From assembly GCA_964016885.1 (NCBI GenBank), contig OZ024743.1, positions 349,370,001 through 349,434,000 on the forward strand: a stretch of DNA of 64,000 nt, given 5' to 3'. Below are positions 27,151 through 41,309 of the stretch, in pieces (position 1 is the first letter of the stretch; each line of letters begins with the position of its first letter). The stretch is from Eledone cirrhosa (taxonomy: Eukaryota). Under the pieces are notes generated by a model. The model saw only the letters and a program-made list of their open reading frames with translations. It did no database searches and was not told the origin of the DNA. The translations under genes and the position numbers were made by a program.

Positions 27151-28087
27151 AAGAGAGTCGCCCCATAATACACTGTCCATTCTATACAAATCTGAAATGA
27201 TCAAAGTCAATATAGGCCTCACTGGACCTCAAAATACAGAGAACCGTATCAAATATCCACAATCAACCAATGAGAGAACAATTAGATGCGAAAATCGAAT
27301 AAATATGTTTATCTTGTTTTTAATTTACGGGGAAATTTGCATTTTCTGGCATGTTTGCATGCCTACATATTAGATATATGTACATATATATACACGATGG
27401 TGCTATCAGGATTACACAGTCTGTATTTATACAGATATAACTTTGTCATACACGAGCGCTAATTATATGCACATTAGTAGGTGCATTTCAGAATTCTTCT
27501 AAGAATGCATGGGTACATATTCCCATCAAATACATTTCGTTGTGGTTGATTGGATGATATACACTTCTTCTGATGAAGGTCCAATTAGATCCAAATATCG
27601 ATGAAAGATGTTTGTAATTCTTTCAATGTGCAGGGTAATTCGAATTTTCTGTCATATTTACATACTTACATATTAGATATGTTTTAATATGTATATACTT
27701 TAGTGCAGTCTCGGTTACATACTCTGTATTTATAAAGATATAACACTATCATATATATAGGTGTGTACGTGCGTGTGTGTGTGTGTGTGTATGTGTGTGT
27801 GTGCGTGTGTGGGCGCGTCTGCGTGCGCGTGCGGGCGTGTGTTAGTGTGCGTTTGTGTGCGCTTATTTTTACTCGATATGTACATACAAAGAAAATATCT
27901 AAATTCTTTTGCTATTTCTTATATGTTACTTGTGACAGAGAGTGGAATTTTCTAGAATTTATTAGGTAATTCTATAATGTGCAAATTATGGTATTCAGTA
28001 TTTGTATCCTAATGGAAATTGTTTTTGCCGTTGTTTCTTTGTTGTTGTTGTTATTTTGTTTTCGTGTGTGTGTGGGGGGGGGGGGGT

Positions 28088-28132
28088 CTTCTTCTTCTTC
28101 TTCTTCTTCTTCTTCTTCTTCTTCTTCTTCTT

Positions 28133-28163
<31 letters not shown>

Positions 28164-28210
28164 TTCTTCTTCTTCTTCTTCTTCTTCTTCTTCTTCTTCT
28201 TCTTCTTCTT
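28088..28210. repeat. (TTC)n microsatellite
   Basis: Direct reading. Confidence 0.95.
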
Positions 28211-29800
28211 CGCCGTCGTCGTTGTCTCCGTTGTTGTCGACGTCGTTTTCCTCTTGATGTTGCCTCTTCTGATAATGATTGTGATATCAACGGTCTTGAT
28301 GATTGCAGTAATTGAAATAATGAAGATGAAAATTTTTATGAGGAGATTGTTGTTGAAGGTTTGCTGTCGTTGTTGTAATTTCAGTGTTGTATTTTTGAAG
28401 TGTAATGTTAATATTGTTGCTAATTTTGTCATTCAAGTTGTATTGATTGTTGCACGTGATTTGTTAAATATTTTTTTCATCATTTAACAGAGAATATCGA
28501 ATGTTTTGCAGATTATAAGACAATGATCTAAGTGTTGATAATTCTCATAAAATCATCGATGTGTTAATGGTATCTAAGTAAATCAAACACAAACACGTAC
28601 AAATATACCAACAACGATCTGACTTGGGACTCTTATTTCCATTGAATTCTCAAAGAATCTTACAAATGTGTCTCTATTCCATGTGGGATTTCTGTTAAAT
28701 ATACGTAAACATGCTTTTATCTAACCATATACACTGGGTCCACATCTTATGCGGTCAATTATTACACCCTACCTCCTGGTATACAAACACCGCTTATAAA
28801 CCATATCCCCTCTGTACTTCAATGTTTTGGAGGAGGTATAATGGGAGATAGAGAACATTCTGGAAATGAATGATAGCTGAAGGGACCAGAGCTGTTTGGC
28901 TTAAATTACATGTTACAATTTCGTGTGGAACAGGATGTTAAGTGGTTTACTAATTCTATTTATTTATTAAAAATCATTTTCCCCCAGGTATGTTCAAACG
29001 CCTACATTATAAAACTAAATACGTTGCGGCCACCCTGCGTAGTTTCAATGAGGGTAGTGTACCTCTTAAGGTGGACTTAATAGGAAGCAATTTTTAATGC
29101 CTTAATATATTGATTTTCATCTTTTTTTCTGTTTGGTTTTCAAATATAACTGTTATATAAATTTTCCATGCGATTATAATGCGTTTAGTAAGAGATACGC
29201 ATAATAATATACCGTTTACTCACATCAGAATTATATAGGGAAGTTTAATTGCTTTGTACAGAAGACTTGTCAGTGTTTTATTCCGGTAAAAATATGTCAC
29301 AAGTGTCCTTATTTATACGTTATATATTATCTAGTTGTTTCGTTCGACACAGCCATCTTAGACCATGCAGGAGCACAACAATAATAAGGAGAAATAGAAT
29401 ACTCCATAGTATATTTACATATTATATTGGATGAAAATTTGATGTTTCACTCCATCTTTGCCAGGAATTGGGAATCTATAAACTTGGAGTAAAGATTTCT
29501 AAAGTTTTAGATTGAAATAAAGCATTTTCAAATAAATCATTTTCAGGAACATATCTCCAAACTGCAAATGCTGATTCAACAACCACCGATACCACCCGCC
29601 AACTCACCTCTATAATTTTAAACAATGACCTTAACCAATCATAATATCTCGGAGGAGCTGCAACTATTAGACATACCGATGCAGGGTGAAGTAATTTATT
29701 GTGTAATCACGGCCCGATTTCAACTATTGCAGCACTTACAGTTGCAATGATGCACGTGTCAGAATTATTAATAAACGAAATATCCAATATCAGCAATTAA

Positions 29801-29834
<34 letters not shown>

Positions 29835-29920
29835 AAAGTTGAAAACAAAAAACGAAAACAATAAGGAGGAGTGCAGTACAGTATAGGTATTAGGTTCATG
29901 TTTGAGAGTGGGGGTTGGGG

Positions 29921-29952
29921 GACGACGTTTCTGGCATAAGCCCTTCATCAGG
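29921..29952 (-). ncRNA. Minimal hammerhead core (family D)
   Basis: Minus strand cCTGATGA-AGGGC-ttat-GCCA-GAAAC-gtc-GTC. Confidence 0.6.
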
Positions 29953-30240
29953 AGAAAAGTGGAAAGGAAAAGAGTTCCGAGGATGTGAGGGGAGTGGTGG
30001 ATAGATATTAAAATGGGGGTGGGGACAGGGGATTAAAGGGAAAGAAAAAAAATTAAAATGAGAGTAAAAAAATAACATATATATATAAGTTTATCCCGGG
30101 TTCAATAGGGGGTAACCACAGTCAGTAAGGTATTGAATACATAGCGGATTATAAATATTTAATATAGAAAAAGCTTCTACAGGACTAGAACTGTTGCATT
30201 CGCGAGAAATCGTCAGGATGCCCGAACAGTCCTAGTCCTG

Positions 30241-30797
30241 TGTAAATGAGGTGATTAATCTCATGTGCATATGAAGCTGCATACGTTGGCTCAACTTATA
30301 ATAGTATAGAAATAGGATTTCACTTCAAGCATAGAGTTATACAAACATGTATAGACATTTTCGTATTTCTAAAGAAACACGGTTTTAGGAAGCCGTAGCT
30401 ATACAAACACCGAGGCTAACGCCCTCTGGTGTTGTGTAATAGAAGCAAGGAGGACAACCGTCAATGCATTTCAGGCTTGACTGGCCTTCTTCAGGACGGT
30501 CCCTCGCTTGAAGCGAAATCCTATTTCTATTCTATTATAAGTTGAGCCAACTTATGCAGCTTCATATGCAAATGAGATTAAACACCTCATTTACACAGAC
30601 GGGAAAACTATATATTCTCGACTGTTTTCAAGTCCAGCAGTTGCAAGCGGTGGGAAGGACCGTCCTGAAGAAAGCCAGTCAATGCATAGACGGCTGTCCC
30701 CCTTGCTTCCGCTGGATACCACCAGCATTTCTTTAGAAATACAAAATTCCTATACATATTTGTATAACGCTATGCTTGAAGCGAAATCCTATTTCCT
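30241..30797. mobile_element. Retrozyme-like family A (~324-bp unit), inverted pair
   Basis: 30241-30505 and 30505-30797 are in opposite orientations; homologous to 60656-61370; no ORF of note. Confidence 0.8.
30457..30500 (-). ncRNA. Type I hammerhead ribozyme, intact core (family A)
   Basis: ACCGTC-CTGAAGA-AGGC-cagtcaa-GCCT-GAAA-TGCA-TT-GACGGT: 6-bp stem I, 4-bp stem II, palindromic stem III. Confidence 0.85.
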
Positions 30798-30804
30798 CTC
30801 TCTC

Positions 30805-30867
<63 letters not shown>

Positions 30868-30871
30868 TTCC

Positions 30872-31017
30872 AGCATAGTTACGTCCCTTTACGATCTGAG
30901 TTCAAATCCCGCCGAGGTTGACTTTGCCTTTCATCTTTACGGGTCGATAAAATAAAGTACCAGTAATGCACAGTGTAATTGCTGGCCTTGTGCCTAAAGT
31001 AGAAACAATTATTATTA
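30872..31017 (+). mobile_element. SINE family S, 5'-truncated
   Basis: ctgagttcaaatcccgccgaggttgactttgcctttcatctttacgggtcgataaaataaagtaccag...agtagaaacaattattatt. Confidence 0.85.
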
Positions 31018-31859
31018 GAGCAGATTAACATGTTAAGCAAAGAATTTCTGCTTTCACCATAAGCGGCAACATCTTGGGGTGAAAGCAGACATTCTTTGCT
31101 TAAACTTTTAATCTGTATAATGATAAGTATTTGCTCTACGAGTTTATTTATGCTTATATATATATATAGGAAAAGAGTCAGGGCCCCACGGCTGAGCTCC
31201 GGCTGTTTCGACAGCTAGATCCGAACTCTACTACCCTAGGTTTCGAATCTTCTCTAGATTTAGGTCCACGTATTTATTATTATACTTATTGTATTCTTTT
31301 TTAAATATTTCAATGTCGACGTTTTTGTTGAGAGGTATATAAATGAATTTCAGCTCTTATAATCATATGTACAAAATATATGTTTATGTTACTTTCTTGT
31401 ATGTGTGTAAATGTATTCATGTATGTTTGCATATGAGCATTTGCGAACGTGGGTATGTATATGTGTATATGTGCGTATGTATGTATGTAAGTATGTATGT
31501 ATATGTCTATGTATGTATCTATGTTTGTATTTTTGTATGTATATATGTTGCTTGTAGTCGAAGGGTCAGACATGTCACATTCTGTGATACGCTGAATCTC
31601 CCTGAGAACTACGTTAAGGGTACACGTGTCTATGGAATGCTCAGCCACTTGCGCATTTATTTCATGAGCAGGCTGTTTCGTTGATTGGGTCAACTGGAAC
31701 ACTCGTCTTCGTAACCGACGGAGTGCCATAAAAAGTATATGTATGTATGTTTGAATGTATGTATATATGTATGTATGTATGTATGTTTGTTTTTTTTTGT
31801 TTTGTTTTTTATCGTTTGATGCCGCTGTTGTTGTTGTAAATGTTCATTTGTAAATGTTC

Positions 31860-32378
31860 TCTGCACCAATCCCAGAACACACCTGCCTACATCATAAACC
31901 GACTTTTTAAGGATCGGCCAATCCTCACCAAGATCTGCAGCCTGCATCTCTTCTTCCAATGTCCACTTCACATTTTTATCCTTAAGACGAGCAGCATTCA
32001 ATCTTTTGGGCAGGGCAACACCAGGAGCCCGGATTTTATGTTTAGTGATTAGTTTCACTTTTGCGCGTACCGGCGGTGGTCCGTCCAGCACTCAGCTCCA
32101 CGAAGAGCACGAACACACTGCACATCCTGTCTGTCACGCATCCTGACTAGGACGTAGTCCAAAAGATGCCACTCCTTAGATGCAGGATGCATCCATGTGG
32201 TCTTGAATGTGTTCTTTTGTTGGAACATGGTGTTGGTAACACACAGATCCAGCTCCTCACACATCTGCAGCAGGAGCATACCATTGTTGTTACAGTTTCC
32301 CACTCCATTCCTTCCGATTACATTCCATGTGTTAAAATCCCAACCCACTCTAGCATTAAAGTCACCAAGCACTGACAT
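31860..32378 (-). mobile_element. RTE (BovB-like) LINE, APE endonuclease fragment
   Basis: LGDFNARVG...GVGNCNNNGMLLLQMCEELDLCVTNTMFQQKNTFKTTWMHPASKEWHLLDYVLVR...RGAECWTDHR, then a frameshifted linker (VRAKVKL...RLNAARLKD). Confidence 0.9.
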
Positions 32379-33204
32379 GCAGCGTCTGTGCGAGACTCTG
32401 CCTAAGCAAAGCTGGACTCGAAAGTCATCTTCGCAGTCATAAAGTAAGACCAGTGGTTGACAACCAGGCTGCTTTGGAGATGCTACTCATCATGGTTGCC
32501 AAGCATATGGTAGAGAATGTAAATCAGCAGGAGGGCTCAAGCGACATGCAAAATTACACGAACTCCAACCACAGCCGACTATTCCCAGTGAATGTTTTGG
32601 TTGCCGACTTTGTGCAAGACATTTTAGATCATTGGCTGGGCTAAAAAGCCACATTCGATCACAGCGCTGTTAGTTGCTATCGTGTGTGTGTGTGTATAGA
32701 TATGTTTATGTGTGTGCGTGTGTGTGTATATATATGTATATGTATATTATTATTTTGTTGTTGTCGTTATTATTATTGTTGTTATTATTATTATTATTAT
32801 TATTGTTATTAATATATGTGTATGTATATGTATGTGTATGTATGTGTATGTATATGTATATATGTATGTATGTATCTGTGTGTATATATATATTTTTTTT
32901 CTCGTGCAATGGCCATACTCGATAACGAGGGGGGGGGGGCATCATGTATGTATGCCGAGTCACTCTTGAGTGCTACTGGTATCATGTAACCCAGTACAAC
33001 CTGTCGCATGGTCGAGTCGTCGGCGACTAAACCGGCAACCCCACCAAGTTTACTTGGTGAGGTGGGTGATTTTGTACACCCTGCTGGACAAAAAACATAA
33101 CCTGACAAAAGGTAGAAGGACTCATAAGAGTCAACGGCCATCCAAAAGTGTGTAAATAAGTATATACACATGTACATATTTATGTATATGCGCGGGGACA
33201 TAGA

Positions 33205-33545
33205 AATAGTCGGGCTGGACACACGATCACGCGGTTAAACCACAGGGAGTGAAGGAGTCCTAGTCTTTGTGAGGGCATTCTTCTAGGAGAAGGCAACTCA
33301 GGAAACTGGGATAACTCCGATATAAAACCTGCGGCTCAGTAGATACCGATGACGTTGATCTTTTCTTCTTTTCGGGTTATAGCTACTGTCGCTCAGAGTG
33401 TGGGATTGGCTCAGTGCACAGTCTTTCCTCACTTTAAATAATATCTTCACGCACAGGCATTGCACGATAGCATTAATTAATAATTATTCATAATGGTATA
33501 TTGTACAATGGCCATACTCGATAACGAGGGGGCAGCCATCATCAT
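33205..33545 (+). mobile_element. RTE-derived non-autonomous element or SINE-like repeat
   Basis: RTE 5'-UTR-like gggcattcttctaggagaaggcaactc; 3' end caatggccatactcgataacgaggggg..catcatgtatg is also present at 32908-32955. Confidence 0.45.
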
Positions 33546-35350
33546 GTATGTATGTATGAATGCATGTATGCATGTATGCATGTATGAATGTAGGTATGAA
33601 TGTATGTATGTATGTATGTATGAATAATTAGCTCCTGTGTTATGCATTGTGACAGCCTAGTGTATATGATCATTATAAGTTTAAGAAGAGATTATATTTT
33701 GACAGCTATTTCCTGCTCTTTGACCGCATTGTAATGTTGTCTTTGCGGTCATGCAATGGAGGCCAAACGCATCAAACTAATAATCATCATCTTCATCATC
33801 CACAACATCAACATCATCGTCGTCATCATAGACATAATCCTGCCCGTCATCATCATCTATATTTACTATTTGACTGCCAGTGGTAACCAAAATAGCTATA
33901 GACCTACACTGACGATAAGTGCACGCTAATATATGTTGATAGCTCCAAATATGCCAAATAATTCTGAAGTACATTGGTATTAAATCTAACAATGCCAATT
34001 GCTATGGCATTACGAGTGGAAGTAATATCTGCGAGAAATATCATTCGAATACCTCTCAAATCACCAAATATTCCCATAAAAGAGAGTTAAACACGTTGAG
34101 CCTATGAAGAAGATTTTACGTTGTTGAATAACTTCCTAGAAATTACCAGCTAAATCTGATTTAAATCTGCCGTCTCACAATATAGACTCACAAGTAAAAG
34201 CATATTTAAATAAAAGATACGATAATCAATGTTGGAACCAATACAGGCCTGAAACTAAAGAACAAATGCAAATTCAATATGACTATCAACATCGGTATAA
34301 TGTTACTCGCAGACATTTTCTAGCCTCTAGCAAAAAAATGTACTGTATCCTCCCTCGTCACTGAAATGTTCGCAGTTTTTCATGCTATCCCACCATAGGC
34401 ATCCCCACTTCTATCATGATTGTGGGGGGGGGGGGCTCAGCCACTCCCAGGCCATGTTGACACCGGCTTTTCAAAAAGAAAACCTTCAAAAGCTAAATTT
34501 TGTTTCTCAAAGGAAAATAAAATATTGTCACAAACAGAGACCTACTGGCCAAAGGGAGAACAATCTTAAGCTGAAAACTGTTTCTTAATATATAACATTT
34601 TCACAGACTGAAGTCTTGTAAGTGAATATTTCCAATAGCTGAATCCTCTGTCTATGCAGCAGTTTAAACGGAAGTTTAACGACATCGATGTTTTCGTTTA
34701 TGGAGGTCCTATAAATGCCATGGGTATTGGCACTTTCAAATTTAATAAGTAAAATAACAAGAATGCAACGTACTATACATCCAATGCCAGATATAACGCA
34801 AGGGGAAACTCAAGTGTCACTATCTTACCTCATCCATATCTGCCTATCTGCTTACTGTTTATCGTCACTACTAACATAATCTCCATTCTTATAAAAACAG
34901 AGTGGACTGTGAGGAATACATGCCAAAACCAATCCCAGGGAAGCTGCATGCTAATAGAATCAGAGTGGGTAATGAAGGTACATGAAGGCGCGCAAATCTA
35001 CCATAGAGAAGATGCACTTGTCATAGCAAATATCTGAATAAGAAATATAGTCGGTTGATTCAACCGAAATATATGACTGGTATTTATTGAATCCGTAGGA
35101 ATTCATAGCAAAACTGAACTCTGCGAGATATGAATTCAGAACTTAAAGATTCTAACGTGAATACTGCAAGCCATATATAGTCCGGCGTTCATCAGTTTCT
35201 ACCTCGCACGTCATCCTAGCACTACACATAATGTCAAAAGTGACACCAGCAACAACACCACCACAAAAGAAGCAACTCAACTACTAAAACAATAACAAAT
35301 ACGAACTACTATTACTACTACTGCTGTTGTTGCTGCTGCTACTGCTCATG

Positions 35351-37643
<2,293 letters not shown>

Positions 37644-37892
37644 TATAATGTTTTCTTTATTAACCATAAGGGTTCACATAAAGTAGACATTAAGGACAGT
37701 ACAGGACAATACAGGACGGTACAAATGGGCATTTCTGCGTGTAAAAAAACAGAGGTTGAAATAAAATAACAAAGAAAAATTCCCCAATAGGGGGGAGACT
37801 TCCAAGGGACATTTGTGGAGAAAGCCCATTAAAAGACCACAGTGGCCCTGACCACCAGGGCAAGTGCCCTCTCCCAGTTTTCCACCTTTAAT

Positions 37893-40800
37893 TTACAGAC
37901 ACATACTCAGAGAAGGCCCATTCATTCGGGCCATACTTGCTTCTCTCACCCATCTTTCAACAAAATGCTGGGAAGAGAGCACTTCCCTCTCTACCCTGAT
38001 TTTCCTTTTCAAATGAAATTTGAAAAAGTTAATCAGGGCATCACCGAAGAGGTAAGTGCTCGTCTTCAGCCCTTTCAAACGTGTCCACCATACTATCTCT
38101 TTCGCCATGGCCACCAGACAGATAAACACTGCCTGCCCTTCCAGGCTAAAGGAAGGGGGCGGGGCAATCCTCACGATGGACTCAGCTGATAGCTGGATAG
38201 GTCCTACACGTGACAGCAGGTGTTCGACATAAACACACAAGTCAGCAATGCTCGGACACTGGACGAGTGCGTGCAGGACGGTTTCGTCGCCCTGCGCGCA
38301 TCTCGGACATGCCCGGCTGACGGCACCTCCATGCCTGTAGAGTTTATCCCGAACTGGCAAAGCTCCTCGGTAGCACTGCCAGGCCAGGGATTTCTGGGAG
38401 TTGTCCATAGGCCCCGGCCCGAAAGTCCTTCCGAAGAGATTGGCTAGTTGATTTTCGTCGACGCCTAGAGTTTCTCCAAGTACGTCGTCGCTCTTCCCCT
38501 CCACTAATCCCCTATAGAACGCCAAGGTGGAGTTTCCACCGATCACATTGCCCGATTGGTCGAGGGCTGTGAGCGCCTGAAGACATTCCAGTCTCCAAGC
38601 GCTCCCTCTCGGTCTTCGCTTGACCCAGGACTGCAGCTCCGTCAAGGAGACGAGCTGGGGAAAAACGTGTCTTGCAAACGGCGACCACACCTGATCACCG
38701 TCGAGGAAGAGGTGGAGATGTCGTAGCCTGAGTGCGTGTCTGCGCATCATCAGCCACGGCATGCCCAGCCCTCCACGTAGCGGGTGTTGACAGCAGATGG
38801 ACCGCCTGACCATCGGAGCGCGTCCCTTCCACAAAAAGCGAAAGAGCAAACGCTCCAGCGCAGTCAGGCGGGGCTTAGGACAAGGTACGACGGTCAGGCG
38901 GTAGTAGATGACGGATGCGATGAACGCGTTCGCCACCTCCGCTCGACCTTTCAGGGATAGCTTCCTCTCGGCCCATTTCTGGGTGAGAGAAGCCACCCTG
39001 CTCGTCACCTCGTCCCAGTTTTTGTCCGTCTGGAGGTCTGGACCGAACCAGACCTCTAGCAATTTAACCGGTCCGTCCGTCCAGCGCCCGACGACGCTGT
39101 TGGACGGCATGGACCTGCCTCTCCAGGTGCCGAGCTGCAGGCCCACTGACTTTTCCTGGTTGATCATTGCTCCTGTCACCGCTTCGTATTCTCTTAGTGT
39201 AGTGCCGATCGCCTCGATGTGTTTGGCGTTCGACACCACTACGGTGACATCGTCCGCATATGCTGACACGGATCTTCCGCATCCTAGTTCGCGCGGGACC
39301 CCCCTCAACGTCTCCAGTTTGTGCAGTAATGGCTCGAGAGTCAATACGTACAATAGGGACGAGAGGGGACATCCTTGGCGGACCGAGCGCATGATGTTGA
39401 ACGGTTCCGAAAGGTGACCGTTCACTCTCACTACAGAGCAGATGTCGCTGTGCATGGCAGCGATCCAGCCTCTGAAGACGGGCCCAAAGCCAGCCGCCCT
39501 CAGGACTGCCGCTAGGTAACGATGGTCGACCCTATCGAAGGCTTTCGACTGATCTAAATTGATCAAAGACCCACCCGTGCCAGGTTCCTTAGCTACCCTC
39601 TCTACGATGTATCGCATGAGGTGGAGGTTGTCGTGGATGGATCTGTCGGGAATGGCGCATGTCTGTGCCTCTCCCACCAGACCACCAACGACAAGCGCCA
39701 ACCTCTTTGCTAGCACCTTGGCCAAAATCTTGAACTCTGTGTTTAGCAGAGTTATGGGCCTAAAATTATCTATGTTATCCCCCTTGTTCGGATCCTTTCT
39801 CAGCAGCGCCACCGCTCCTCGGCTCACAGAGCTGGGAATTCTCCCGTTCTGTTGCCAGTTGCAGTAGACGTCCGCCAAGAGGCCTCCGAACAAGTTTGGC
39901 ATTTGTACGTAAAGTTCATAGGGCAGACCATCCAAACCAGGCGATTTGCCCCTTGTGCAACTAGTCATTGCATCCCGTACTTCAGCGGTTGTTATCGGCT
40001 TTTCGCAACACTCCGCCTCAGTGGCCGAAAGCCGCGGCAGTCCCTCGAGGTAGACACTAAAGTCCATCCCTCGATCCCGCCCGCCACTGCCCCCGAACAG
40101 TTGAGCGAAGTGTCGCTGAAAAGCTTCACACATTTGCCCGGGATCGAGTAGCATGCGCCCGTCGTGGTCCACCAAAGACTGGATCGTGGCTTTGTTGCCA
40201 CGACGCGCCTCCGCTACTCGGGCCCATTGAACGGCTTTCGTCCCCTCGTGTCTGAGAGCACGCACCCTAGCTCTGACAACGCAGCCTTCGTGCTTTGCAT
40301 TGAAGAATTGGTCAAGGGCCAATTTCGCCGCAAGTACGTCGGTCGCGATGCCTTTGCTAAGCGCCTCATCTAATTTTCTAACTAATTCTCCCTCTGCTCT
40401 ATTTTTCTCTATTGCTAAAGTCTTACTAAACCTAATGGACTCTATTCTAATTGCTCTTTTCAGAGCAAACCACCACTTGTTGACGATGGCCCCCGTCAAC
40501 GCCCGCTTAACTAGTTCGCTAATCCGGTCTCTGTAGGCCTTGCGCGCTGGTAAGGACGCGTTTAGCTTCCAGTAGCCGGGTCCTCGTCTATGAAGCCTAT
40601 CTAAGTCAAGCACACAGATCACGAATTTGTGGTCCGTGTAGCTGACTATCTTGAATTGTGGACAGCCTATGCTAGACCTATCTATTTCCCTACAAAATAC
40701 TCTATCTAGATATGATCTGGATGACCCGATGCGATTTGTCCAAGTCCACATTGGTACATTCGGGAAATCCATTCGGTACCTGTCAGACAGTTCAAAACGT

Positions 40801-41309
40801 CTGAGCAGGTTGGTGAGACTCTTGCACCCTCCTTCCCTATCCACTAATCCCACACAATCCCAGCGTGCATCTAAGATCCCGTTCCAGTCGCCCACTAACA
40901 CTAAAGAGCAGGACGTTCCAAGAAAGGTCTCCAGACGCCGGAAGAAATCAGGCCGCCCTGCTCCTGTCGGGGCATAGACGGCCACTAACCTGAAAACTTG
41001 CCCGTCTCCGCTGGTCACGTCCAGCACCACCAACTTACCTTCTGGGTCCAGGAAGATGGCCCGTATGGCAAGATCCAAACCTCTCCGAAAAAGCACAGCA
41101 ACTCCTCCCCCCGATCCCGGACGGCTGGGAGATGCGTACACATCGTAGCCGCCGAAGATCGGTGCGAAAGCCTGTGCTTCGGAGATTCTGGTCTCGCTGA
41201 TGGCCACTACATCTATGTTTAGTGACCTGAGGTCGTTGAGCAGGTGGCCCTGCTTCCATGACGACCCCAAGCTACGCGGATTTATGCTGCCTATTCTGAG
41301 TGAGGTCAT
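37893..41309 (-). CDS. Tx1 ORF2: APE endonuclease, reverse transcriptase and C-terminal Zn knuckle (1138 aa, uninterrupted)
   Basis: APE: ISETR, VYAP, VGDWN, SYLDR, TDHK, GYWKLN. RT: KSPGLDGLPYE, FRPITLLN, LDQSKAFDRVDH, VRQGCPLS, AYADD. Knuckle: CPRC...ETVLHALVQC. Confidence 0.95.
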   Translation of the reverse strand: MTSLRIGSINPRSLGSSWKQGHLLNDLRSLNIDVVAISETRISEAQAFAPIFGGYDVYASPSRPGSGGGVAVLFRRGLDLAIRAIFLDPEGKLVVLDVTSGDGQVFRLVAVYAPTGAGRPDFFRRLETFLGTSCSLVLVGDWNGILDARWDCVGLVDREGGCKSLTNLLRRFELSDRYRMDFPNVPMWTWTNRIGSSRSYLDRVFCREIDRSSIGCPQFKIVSYTDHKFVICVLDLDRLHRRGPGYWKLNASLPARKAYRDRISELVKRALTGAIVNKWWFALKRAIRIESIRFSKTLAIEKNRAEGELVRKLDEALSKGIATDVLAAKLALDQFFNAKHEGCVVRARVRALRHEGTKAVQWARVAEARRGNKATIQSLVDHDGRMLLDPGQMCEAFQRHFAQLFGGSGGRDRGMDFSVYLEGLPRLSATEAECCEKPITTAEVRDAMTSCTRGKSPGLDGLPYELYVQMPNLFGGLLADVYCNWQQNGRIPSSVSRGAVALLRKDPNKGDNIDNFRPITLLNTEFKILAKVLAKRLALVVGGLVGEAQTCAIPDRSIHDNLHLMRYIVERVAKEPGTGGSLINLDQSKAFDRVDHRYLAAVLRAAGFGPVFRGWIAAMHSDICSVVRVNGHLSEPFNIMRSVRQGCPLSSLLYVLTLEPLLHKLETLRGVPRELGCGRSVSAYADDVTVVVSNAKHIEAIGTTLREYEAVTGAMINQEKSVGLQLGTWRGRSMPSNSVVGRWTDGPVKLLEVWFGPDLQTDKNWDEVTSRVASLTQKWAERKLSLKGRAEVANAFIASVIYYRLTVVPCPKPRLTALERLLFRFLWKGRAPMVRRSICCQHPLRGGLGMPWLMMRRHALRLRHLHLFLDGDQVWSPFARHVFPQLVSLTELQSWVKRRPRGSAWRLECLQALTALDQSGNVIGGNSTLAFYRGLVEGKSDDVLGETLGVDENQLANLFGRTFGPGPMDNSQKSLAWQCYRGALPVRDKLYRHGGAVSRACPRCAQGDETVLHALVQCPSIADLCVYVEHLLSRVGPIQLSAESIVRIAPPPSFSLEGQAVFICLVAMAKEIVWWTRLKGLKTSTYLFGDALINFFKFHLKRKIRVEREVLSSQHFVERWVREASMARMNGPSLSMCL

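Noticed and set aside
38220-41259. Multiple + strand and alternate-frame ORFs overlapping Tx1 ORF2
   Set aside because: Shadow ORFs caused by the high GC content of ORF2; no recognisable motifs.
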